Assembly (NCBI GenBank): GCA_051531975.1
Contig: JAOPTT010000006.1
Location: 32,656-96,655, forward strand
Origin: Spirochaetaceae bacterium
GTDB lineage: Bacteria; Spirochaetota; Spirochaetia; DSM-2461
Direction of reading: 5' to 3'
Length of the DNA stretch: 64,000 nt
The position numbers and the translations under genes are program-made. Position 1 is the stretch's first letter; every line of letters begins with the position of its first letter. The notes beneath the pieces were generated by a model. It was given only the letters and a program-made list of their open reading frames with translations. It was not told the origin of the DNA and did no database searches. This document shows positions 20,041 through 28,741 of this stretch, one piece after another.

Positions 20041-21137
20041 TTACAAAGGGCTTCAATAATATCTTTGTATATATTGAACCCTTCTACTAGCTGATTTATT
20101 TCTATGTATTCATCGGTTGTGTGAGCTTGTTTAATAGAACCTGGACCTAAAATAATAGGCTGAAATATATTTGAAAATTGTGACGCATCTGTTAAGTACG
20201 ATACAGTCTCAGATTTTCTCCCAGTTATTTTTTCTGATTTAGTTACAACTGGAGATTTTGGATCTGTGTGTAACGAATCATATAATACAGAACTAATTTC
20301 TAATCCTAATCTTTTTGCTTCTACTGAAATCTCTTCAATTACATCCTTAGTTCGAGCATCTGGCATTGATCTAAAACAAATTTTACATCTACTCCTAGCA
20401 GCTGTTACATTCATTGCACAATTAAAATCGCTTAAAGTTAAGTTAAGTGTATTTGTTGGTGGTTCAAAACTACTATTTTGATAAGTCTTATCTGTATCAT
20501 ATTTTGTTTTAAGCCCAGAAATAAAAGACATAAAAGGAATCATTTTAAAATTAGCACTTTGACCAATATTTGTACTAGAATGGGCAGCTTTTCCATAGGC
20601 TGTAACAACTATCTGTCCAACTCCTTTATGGGCATAAACAGGTTTTAACTCTGTAGGTTCTGTAGCAATTCCCCACTGAGGAGGAAAATCCTTTAACATT
20701 TTTGAATGTTTAGCTATAAACTCAGCACCTTCACAACCAATTTCTTCATCTGATGTGATAATAAAAGTAATTGGTTTTTTTGTTATTTCAAATTGTAATG
20801 CTGCTAACACAGAAGCAGCTGCAGGGCCCTTCATATCACAAGCACCTCGACCATATAATTTATTGTCTACTACTTTAGGAAATAGCCCAGAATCTTCAGC
20901 TATTGGAACTGTATCTGAATGTATTAAAAAAGCCAAACCACCTATACCACTTCCTTTTCTAGCAATTAAATTATATTTATCAATATTATTAGGATCTTTG
21001 TATGTTAATAATTCAGTTATATAGCCAGCTTCTACAAGGAGTTCTTTATATATATCTATTATATTTTTATTACATGTAGAACTTACACTATTAATCTCTA
21101 TTAGCTTTTTTGTTAATGTTATTAGTTTCTCTCTCAT
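20037..21137 (-). CDS. M20 metallopeptidase, acetylornithine deacetylase (ArgE)-like
   Basis: HSDTVP, YGRGACDMKG, DEEIGC, EPT, GKAAHSS, GPGSIKQAHTTDEY. Confidence 0.85.
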   Translation of the reverse strand: MREKLITLTKKLIEINSVSSTCNKNIIDIYKELLVEAGYITELLTYKDPNNIDKYNLIARKGSGIGGLAFLIHSDTVPIAEDSGLFPKVVDNKLYGRGACDMKGPAAASVLAALQFEITKKPITFIITSDEEIGCEGAEFIAKHSKMLKDFPPQWGIATEPTELKPVYAHKGVGQIVVTAYGKAAHSSTNIGQSANFKMIPFMSFISGLKTKYDTDKTYQNSSFEPPTNTLNLTLSDFNCAMNVTAARSRCKICFRSMPDARTKDVIEEISVEAKRLGLEISSVLYDSLHTDPKSPVVTKSEKITGRKSETVSYLTDASQFSNIFQPIILGPGSIKQAHTTDEYIEINQLVEGFNIYKDIIEALCN

Positions 21138-21253
21138 ATATATAGTATAAAATATTAAAAAATAATTAAAAAGAGTAGTCTCTTTGATGTATTTTATAAA
21201 TTATTATATTTTTATTGCGGATTTTCTCATTATATGTAACTATAATTGTAATT

Positions 21254-21712
21254 ATGGATATAGATGAAACATCATTAAAGATTTTAAAAAAGCTAGAAGA
21301 TGGTAGAGCTTCATTTCAGAAAATTGCAGATTCTCTCTCAATTGCTGAAGGAACTGTTCGAAGTAGGGTTACCGGTTTAATTGATGCAGGAATATTAGAA
21401 GTTAGAGGTTTAGTGGATCTAGAAGCATTAAAAGGTTACAACATGGTTCAAGTTGGTATTAAATTATCAACAATGGATCTTATTGGAAAAGGCGAAGAGA
21501 TAAGCAAACTTCCTAGTATATTAAATGTACTTGTTGTTACTGGACGTTTTGATTTAATGGCTACAGTTTTGTTAAGTAATGATTATAAATTAGCTGACTT
21601 CTATATGAAAGAGATGAATACAGTTTCTGATATTCAAGGTGTAGAAACATTTGTTGTATATAAAGAATTTAATACAAAAATACCATGTACGGCAATAAAG
21701 GAGATTATGTGA
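21254..21712 (+). CDS. Lrp/AsnC family transcriptional regulator
   Basis: MDIDETSLKILKKLEDGRASFQKIADSLSIAEGTVRSRV HTH; VVTGRFDL RAM domain. ATG 21254 preferred over 21215. Confidence 0.9.
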   Translation: MDIDETSLKILKKLEDGRASFQKIADSLSIAEGTVRSRVTGLIDAGILEVRGLVDLEALKGYNMVQVGIKLSTMDLIGKGEEISKLPSILNVLVVTGRFDLMATVLLSNDYKLADFYMKEMNTVSDIQGVETFVVYKEFNTKIPCTAIKEIM

Positions 21713-22872
21713 AAACAACAACTTTGTATAATAGACATAAAGAATTGAACGCTACATTTTCTGAGTTTGGTGGATATAATATGCCTTTATGGTATGGATC
21801 AGCAAAAGAGGAACATATCAGTGTTATTAAATCAGTAGGTCTTTTTGATACTAGCCACATGTCTGTATTTACAATTACTGGCCGAGATTCATTAAATTTA
21901 CTTAAAAGAGCATTTTCTAGGGATATTGATGAACTAAAAATTGGGAAGTCTGTTTATGGACTTTTTCAAAATAGTGAATTAGGTGTTATTGATGATACAC
22001 TTATATATCATTTGGAAAATTTAAGTTATATGGTTGTTGTAAATGCAGGGATGTCTGAAATAATTATATCCCATCTACTTTCATTCAAATTTAATGATAT
22101 AAAAATTGATAATTACACTGATAAGTTAGCAAAAATAGACATTCAAGGTCCTAAATCAATAAAAATAATGGAAAAACTCTTTGATTCAACACTGTTTGAT
22201 CTGTTCCCTTATTTTTCATTTAAAGGGAATTTTATTGATAGTGAAATAAAATTTAATAATCAACCTATTTTAATTTCAAGGTCCGGATATACAGGTGAGT
22301 TTGGTTTTGAACTATATGTCGATAGTAAGTGTGCTTCTGATCTATGGGATTCATTATTATTAAATGGTGAAGAATTTGACATTATACCCTGTGGGTTAGC
22401 TGCTAGGGATTCATTAAGGGTTGGTGCAGGTCTACCACTTTCTCACCAGGATATTGGAAATTGGAAGTTTTGTAACAATCCATGGAATTTTGCTGTAACA
22501 AATAGTGTTAAAAGCAGTGATAGTTATACATATGCCTACGTTGGATATGATGTAAGGAAACTACATGCAGAAAAAACTGGAAATGTAATATATCAATCAG
22601 ATAGTATAGGTGAGGTTTTAACATGTATATCAGAAGTATCTTTAACTAGAATTCAAGATACTGTTTTATCTGTAAACTCACCTGATCTTCCACATGACTA
22701 TAAAATAAAGGGTCTTGTTGCTGGATTTATTAAAGTTAATAGACCTCTAGATTATAACACAATAATATTTATTACAGATGGTAAAAGAGAACTTAAAGTA
22801 GAAGTTGTAGAGAGTATTAGACCTCATAGAACTGCTAGGAAATCGATAAAAAATATAAGGAGTTTTAAATGA
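21709..22872 (+). CDS. gcvT: Glycine cleavage T protein (aminomethyltransferase)
   Basis: FGGYNMPLWY, GLFDTSHM, VIDD, QGP, SRSGYTGEFGFEL, CGLAARDSLR. GTG start after AAGGAG, overlapping the Lrp stop. Confidence 0.9.
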   Translation: MKTTTLYNRHKELNATFSEFGGYNMPLWYGSAKEEHISVIKSVGLFDTSHMSVFTITGRDSLNLLKRAFSRDIDELKIGKSVYGLFQNSELGVIDDTLIYHLENLSYMVVVNAGMSEIIISHLLSFKFNDIKIDNYTDKLAKIDIQGPKSIKIMEKLFDSTLFDLFPYFSFKGNFIDSEIKFNNQPILISRSGYTGEFGFELYVDSKCASDLWDSLLLNGEEFDIIPCGLAARDSLRVGAGLPLSHQDIGNWKFCNNPWNFAVTNSVKSSDSYTYAYVGYDVRKLHAEKTGNVIYQSDSIGEVLTCISEVSLTRIQDTVLSVNSPDLPHDYKIKGLVAGFIKVNRPLDYNTIIFITDGKRELKVEVVESIRPHRTARKSIKNIRSFK

Positions 22873-23213
22873 AATTTGCAAAAACACACGAATGGGTAAA
22901 AAAAGATGGAGATATCTTTTTAGTTGGTATATCTGATTTTGCACAAAAACAGTTAGGGGATATTGTATTTGTAGATTTTCCAGAAGTTGGTGATAATATA
23001 GATCAAGATGACTCATTAGGTGAATTAGAGTCATCTAAAGCTGTTTCTGAATTGAATATGCCATTTACAGGAGAAGTAATAGAGTTAAATGAAGAACTTG
23101 AAGACTCTCCAGAACTTATTAACTCCGACCCACATAAAACTTGGATTGTTAAAATTAGAGCTGAAAACCCAGAAGATTTTAATACATTATCTGATAAAGA
23201 AGAAACTCCGTGA
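22869..23213 (+). CDS. gcvH: Glycine cleavage H protein
   Basis: THEW, GISDFAQKQLGDIVFV, ESSKAVSE (lipoyl-Lys), PELINSDP. Confidence 0.95.
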   Translation: MKFAKTHEWVKKDGDIFLVGISDFAQKQLGDIVFVDFPEVGDNIDQDDSLGELESSKAVSELNMPFTGEVIELNEELEDSPELINSDPHKTWIVKIRAENPEDFNTLSDKEETP

Positions 23214-24499
23214 GGTACCTATCCCATACTGCTAATGATATCTCAAAAATGTTAGCAGTAATTGGTAAGGAATCAATATACGATCTGTTTGATCACATAC
23301 CTGATGATGTTAAAATTACTGAGGATTTAAAACTTCCTACAGAATTATCAGAGTGGGAATTAGAGGAACATCTAAATGATTTAGCACAAAAAAATATTAA
23401 TAAAAAATCATATTTAGGTGGAGGAAGTTATAATCACTATATACCAAATATTATCCAATATTTAACTTCAAGGTCAGAGTTTTTAACGTCTTATACACCT
23501 TATCAGCCAGAAATATCCCAAGGTACATTGCAATCTCTTTTTGAATTTCAGACATACGTCTCTAATTATCTTGGAATGGATTATAGTAATGCATCTATGT
23601 ATGACGGTGCGACTAGTTTTGCTGAGGCAGTATTGTTATCAACTAGGGTTACCAAAAGAAAAAAAATTGTTGTTTCGAAGGCTATTAATCCAAAATATAT
23701 TGATGTATTAAAAACATATGTTACTAGTTTAGGTATAGAGATAATTTATTTAGATTATAACAAGCATGGAGAAACAGATCTAACTAATATGCCAGATCTG
23801 TCTGATGTTGCATCAATATCAATACAATCTCCTAACTATTTTGGTGTAATAGAAAAACAAGAGCTTATTAAACCAATTATCAAAACTGAAAAAACACTTT
23901 TTATATCGTTATTTTCTGAAATTTTATCATACGGGCTGTTTAAACCTCCTGGAGAATTTGCAGCAGATATTGCGTGTGGAGAGGGTCAGAGTTTTGGTAT
24001 AAATCAAAGTTTTGGTGGCCCATCCCTTGGGATATTTGCATTTAATAAAAAGTACTTAAGAAATGTTCCAGGAAGACTTGTTGGACAGAGTATTGATATA
24101 AATGAACAACGTAGTTTTTCATTAACATTGGCTACTCGTGAACAGCATATCAGACGAGATAAAGCTACAAGTAATATATGTTCAAATCAAGGTCTTTGTA
24201 CATTATCCGCAATTATCTATATGTCTTTATTAGGTGGTAATGGACTTAATGAGTTGGCAAAAGTAAATTACCAGAATAGTAGTTATTTAAAGAGTGCTTT
24301 AATAGATGCTGGGTATGAAATAATTTTTAGTAGTGAAACATTTAATGAGTTTGTTGTTAAATCTAAAAAAATATTACCAGGTATAAGTCTGGAGAGTACT
24401 TATCCAGAATTAAAGGACTGTTATTTAATAACAGTAACAGAGGTTTTTAATAAAACTGAATTAGATATGTTTATATCAGACTTAGGAGGTAATGTATGA
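23210..24499 (+). CDS. gcvPA: Glycine dehydrogenase subunit 1
   Basis: EFLTSYTPYQPEISQG, NASMYDGAT, TREQHIRRDKATSNICSNQ. Confidence 0.95.
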   Translation: MRYLSHTANDISKMLAVIGKESIYDLFDHIPDDVKITEDLKLPTELSEWELEEHLNDLAQKNINKKSYLGGGSYNHYIPNIIQYLTSRSEFLTSYTPYQPEISQGTLQSLFEFQTYVSNYLGMDYSNASMYDGATSFAEAVLLSTRVTKRKKIVVSKAINPKYIDVLKTYVTSLGIEIIYLDYNKHGETDLTNMPDLSDVASISIQSPNYFGVIEKQELIKPIIKTEKTLFISLFSEILSYGLFKPPGEFAADIACGEGQSFGINQSFGGPSLGIFAFNKKYLRNVPGRLVGQSIDINEQRSFSLTLATREQHIRRDKATSNICSNQGLCTLSAIIYMSLLGGNGLNELAKVNYQNSSYLKSALIDAGYEIIFSSETFNEFVVKSKKILPGISLESTYPELKDCYLITVTEVFNKTELDMFISDLGGNV

Positions 24500-25935
24500 T
24501 CTATGATGAACCTCTATTATGGGAAAAATCAGATGGATTAGGTTTAGGTTTTTCAATGCCAACACCGGTAGAGAATAGTACTTTACCAGATTCAAAATAT
24601 CTCAGAGGAAATATTAATTTACCAGGTTTTAGTGAACCTGAGGTTAGTAGACATTTTACAAGGTTATCTACCTGGAATTATGGGTTAGATACCGATATTT
24701 ACCCTTTAGGATCTTGTACAATGAAATATAATCCTAAAATACACGAGAAACTCGCTTCAATTAGTGGTTTTACAAAAAATCACCCATTACAATCAGATGA
24801 AACTTCCCAGGGTTCCTTAGAGATTTTATATAAAACTGGTGAATATTTAAAAGAAATTACAGGAATGGATGATGTTACTCTTCAACCTGCTGCTGGTGCA
24901 CATGGTGAATTAGTTGCTATGTTAATGTTTAAAAAATATCATGAATCCCGGGGTGAAAATAGAGATACTATATTAATACCTGATTCTGCCCATGGAACCA
25001 ATCCTGCATCCGCTTCTTTATGTGGTTTTAAAGTTAAGGTTATTCCTTCAAATAAGGATGGTATATTAACTCCTAATGCTGTTAAAAATCTTATGGATGA
25101 AACTGTGGCAGGTATTATGATTACAAATCCAAATACTTTAGGTATATTTGAAATTCATATAAAAGAGATAGCAGAAATCATTCATGCTGGCGGTGGTTTA
25201 GTTTATGCCGATGGCGCAAACTTAAACGCTATAATGGGCATTGTAAAAATGGGGGATACAGGGGTTGATGCGATGCATCTTAATCTACATAAAACATTTT
25301 CAACTCCCCATGGAGGAGGAGGTCCTGGAGCAGGTCCTGTTTGTGTAAAAAAACATCTTTCTGAGTATCTTCCTCTACCAAGAGTGATATATAAAAATAA
25401 TAAATATAGTCTAGAATATAATTATAAAAATTCTATAGGAAAGGTTCATGGATTTTATGGTAATTTTAGTGTCATTTTAAAAGCCTATTGTTACATTTTA
25501 TCTATGGGAGCGACTGGTCTTAAAAATACCAGTTTATATGCTGTTTTAAATGCTAATTATATTAGGGCGAGTATAAAAGATTTTTATCATTTACCATATG
25601 AATCAGCTTCAATGCACGAAGTTCTATTTACTGACTTAAAACAAGTTGATTCTGGTGTTAATACTTTGGATATTGCTAAAAGATTAATCGAGAATGGAAT
25701 ACATCCTCCTACTATATATTTTCCATTAGTAGTTAGTGGAGCAATGTTAATGGAACCAACAGAAACAGAATCTTTAACATCATTAGACAATTTTATAAAG
25801 ATATTAATTAATACAGCTTCTGAAGCAAAAACAGATCCAAAAAAATTGCATAATGCTCCAACAAATTGTAAAAGAAATAGAGTTAATGAAACATTAGCAG
25901 CAAGAAATCCAATTTTAAAGGGAGAAGTTCTATAA
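24496..25935 (+). CDS. gcvPB: Glycine dehydrogenase subunit 2
   Basis: YPLGSCTMKYNP, SAHGTNPASA, HLNLHKTFSTPHGGGGPG (PLP-Lys), EPTETES. Confidence 0.96.
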   Translation: MIYDEPLLWEKSDGLGLGFSMPTPVENSTLPDSKYLRGNINLPGFSEPEVSRHFTRLSTWNYGLDTDIYPLGSCTMKYNPKIHEKLASISGFTKNHPLQSDETSQGSLEILYKTGEYLKEITGMDDVTLQPAAGAHGELVAMLMFKKYHESRGENRDTILIPDSAHGTNPASASLCGFKVKVIPSNKDGILTPNAVKNLMDETVAGIMITNPNTLGIFEIHIKEIAEIIHAGGGLVYADGANLNAIMGIVKMGDTGVDAMHLNLHKTFSTPHGGGGPGAGPVCVKKHLSEYLPLPRVIYKNNKYSLEYNYKNSIGKVHGFYGNFSVILKAYCYILSMGATGLKNTSLYAVLNANYIRASIKDFYHLPYESASMHEVLFTDLKQVDSGVNTLDIAKRLIENGIHPPTIYFPLVVSGAMLMEPTETESLTSLDNFIKILINTASEAKTDPKKLHNAPTNCKRNRVNETLAARNPILKGEVL

Positions 25936-26033
25936 TTTCCAAGAAGTTAGATCCTGTATTATTAAATTATAAAAAGTCTATTAGACATCTGTATAATTTG
26001 ATAGTATAGGTCAATCTTTATATTGGAGTAATT

Positions 26034-26741
26034 ATGAATTTAGAAGTTGATGTACATACACATACCACTGCAAGTGGACACGCTTATTCATCTTTAAATG
26101 AAATGGCTGAGGCTGCATCTAAAAAGGATATTAAAATAATGGGTACTACTGATCACGGTCCCAAAATGCCTGGTGGTGCTCATCTATATCATTTTCATAA
26201 TATAAGAGTAATCCCTGAGTTTATTTCAGGTGTTCGTATATTAAAAGGAATAGAAGCAAATATAATAGATTTTAAAGGTGGATTAGATGCTCCTGTTGAA
26301 CTATTAAAAGAGATGGAACTTGTAATCGCAAGTTTCCATGGCCCATGTATTGAACCAGCTGGAATCACAAAGACTACTGATGCGCTATTAAAATTAATGG
26401 AAAATAGATATGTAAATATAATAGGTCATCCAGAGGATAGAAGATTTAAATTTGATCTTGAAAGTGTCGTTTCTAGTTCTAAAACAAATAAAACTCTTTT
26501 AGAAGTTAACAATAGTTCTTTATTACCAACAACTTTTAGAGAAGATAGTAGAAATGGAATTATATCTATATTAGAAGAGTGTGGAAGACAAAGTGTGCAA
26601 GTTGTATTTGGTTCAGATGCACATCATACATCAAGTGTTGGAAGATTTGATATGGTTAAGGCATTGATAAAAGAAATTGGATTCCCTGAATCACTTATAA
26701 TTAATAGATCTAGTTCTGAATTTTTAAAATATATAACATAA
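26034..26741 (+). CDS. PHP-domain phosphoesterase, YcdX-like
   Basis: DVHTHTTASGHAYS, TDHGP, GIEANI, GHP, GSDAH. Confidence 0.9.
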   Translation: MNLEVDVHTHTTASGHAYSSLNEMAEAASKKDIKIMGTTDHGPKMPGGAHLYHFHNIRVIPEFISGVRILKGIEANIIDFKGGLDAPVELLKEMELVIASFHGPCIEPAGITKTTDALLKLMENRYVNIIGHPEDRRFKFDLESVVSSSKTNKTLLEVNNSSLLPTTFREDSRNGIISILEECGRQSVQVVFGSDAHHTSSVGRFDMVKALIKEIGFPESLIINRSSSEFLKYIT

Positions 26742-26754
26742 GGTATAAAAATAA

Positions 26755-26783
26755 GTTGATTAAATATAATATCAACCTATAAT
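26755..26783 (+). promoter_or_regulatory. Putative promoter with an overlapping inverted repeat upstream of the cyclase pair
   Basis: TTGATT-N16-TATAAT; inverted repeat GTTGAT-N10-ATCAAC (26755-26776). Confidence 0.4.
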
Positions 26784-26794
26784 AAAAGAAATTA

Positions 26795-28741
26795 ATGCTA
26801 AAAAGAACTCTACTTGCAATTTTATTAATAACAATCTCTCTTTGTCTCTTTTCAAATGTTGAAAAAGGAGTAATTGATCTTTCGAATTACGATTTTAATA
26901 CCGATGAACCTTTAGACCTTTCAGGAGAGTGGATATTAAAACAGGATAATAGAAATGATATATTTTCTAATGTACCTGGTGGCTGGATAGGTCACAAAGG
27001 TGAAGTAACTTACATAATAAATATAATTAGTAGTGGAGCTAAACGTCTAATTATTGCACCATCTCAAATAAATTCAAAATATAAACTTTTTCATAATGGA
27101 ATACAGATTGCTAGCGATGATCAAAATAGACCAAGATATATTCCAATTGAACTAATAAATGGAATTAACAAATTAGAATTTAATATTACAAATTATACCG
27201 ATGTATTTAGTGGGTTTAGAAATCACCCTTATATTGGGAACTTTAATACTATGATGAGAAAACATGAGAGGAATATTTTAAAAGATACCTTTTTTAGTGG
27301 TGCCTCATTTATTATGTTTATCTTTTTTGTAGTACTTTTTCTACATTATAAAAAAGATAGGTCTATGTTATATTTTGCCTTAATATGTATTAATTTTGCA
27401 GTTAGGAGTTTTGTTACAAATGATAAAGTTATATTTTATTATTTACCTAATTTGTCCTACGATATATGCAATAAACTTGAATACTTAACCATTTATATTC
27501 TTCCTTTATTACTTCTTCTGTTTCTTTATAATTATTTTAAAAAGGCTAAAAAAGATAAGTTATTTTTAATTTTTACAATTATCTCTATTGTATATCCATT
27601 GTCAGCGCTACTATTTACACCAGCACTATATATGAAGTTATCTATCTCTTTTTATATATATATATGTATTTTTTCAGTTTATATAATAATCAAATTAGTC
27701 TTTTATACTATCAATAGATATCGTGACTCTTTAAAGTTATCAGTAAGTCTGTTATGCCTATGTTTTGCAGGAATTTATGATATTAATATTATCTTTAACA
27801 GTTCTTCTGTAACTCTCATTTTACCTGGTTCAATGATTATTTTTATCATGTTTATGTCTTTTATAGTATCAAAAAGAGAGATTGATAATACAAAACAAAT
27901 TGAAAAATTATCATCTGAGACTCTTAAAGTAAATAAATACTTAAGTAAATTTGTTCCAAATCATTTTATTGAAACAGTTGGTATGGGTAATATATTAGAA
28001 ATAAAAAAAGGTGATGGTATGGAGAAGGATATGACAGTTCTTTTTGCTAGTATCAAAAATTTTAAAAAAGACTTAAAGCTATATAATCCAGAAGAGAGTG
28101 TAGAACTACTAAATAGATGCTTTTCAGTTATATCACCAATAATTTCAAGTAATAATGGGTTTATTGATAAATTTATTGATGAAACATTAATGGCTGTATT
28201 CCCCGGAAAACCTGAAGATGCTATCGATGCAATAATACAGATAAACATAGAGTTGAAAATGTATAATAGCTCTAATAGTGAGGATCGACCAATTGAGATA
28301 AGATCTGGAATACATATAGGTAAACAATTTATTGGAATAGTTGGGGATGATAAAAGAGTAGATGCAACAGTAATATCAAAAGTTGTTAATACCGCTAGTC
28401 GTATTAATTCATTTACAAATAAAATTGATAGAAATATTTTAATAAGTGATGATGTATATCAACGTTTATCAAATAAAAATGGATATGAAACTAAGTTTAT
28501 GGGAAAGGTTAAACTAAAAGGAAATAAAAATTTCATCGGAATTCATTGTATATATATTGATGATATGGATGAGGCTGATAATCTTTTTAGTATGACAATG
28601 ACCAGACTAGGTAATAGTAGTTTAGATAAAATAGAGAATGTTTTACTAAATATTAAAAGTATGTACAAAGATCATACGCCTTCTTTATATTACTTAGAAT
28701 TAATTCAAAGAAATAAAACATTGGAGGATATAGAAAAATGA
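26795..28741 (+). CDS. 7TM-DISM receptor class III nucleotide cyclase, C2-like half (lacks metal-binding Asp residues)
   Basis: Signal peptide, GVIDL...LSGEW extracellular domain, about 7 TM, KFVP, VLFASIKNF, DKFIDET, GIHIG, DATVISKVVNTASRI. Confidence 0.88.
   Translation: MLKRTLLAILLITISLCLFSNVEKGVIDLSNYDFNTDEPLDLSGEWILKQDNRNDIFSNVPGGWIGHKGEVTYIINIISSGAKRLIIAPSQINSKYKLFHNGIQIASDDQNRPRYIPIELINGINKLEFNITNYTDVFSGFRNHPYIGNFNTMMRKHERNILKDTFFSGASFIMFIFFVVLFLHYKKDRSMLYFALICINFAVRSFVTNDKVIFYYLPNLSYDICNKLEYLTIYILPLLLLLFLYNYFKKAKKDKLFLIFTIISIVYPLSALLFTPALYMKLSISFYIYICIFSVYIIIKLVFYTINRYRDSLKLSVSLLCLCFAGIYDINIIFNSSSVTLILPGSMIIFIMFMSFIVSKREIDNTKQIEKLSSETLKVNKYLSKFVPNHFIETVGMGNILEIKKGDGMEKDMTVLFASIKNFKKDLKLYNPEESVELLNRCFSVISPIISSNNGFIDKFIDETLMAVFPGKPEDAIDAIIQINIELKMYNSSNSEDRPIEIRSGIHIGKQFIGIVGDDKRVDATVISKVVNTASRINSFTNKIDRNILISDDVYQRLSNKNGYETKFMGKVKLKGNKNFIGIHCIYIDDMDEADNLFSMTMTRLGNSSLDKIENVLLNIKSMYKDHTPSLYYLELIQRNKTLEDIEK

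Noticed and set aside
21138..21253. Glycine riboswitch upstream of the gcv operon
   Set aside because: The region is short and extremely AT-rich with no recognisable aptamer structure.
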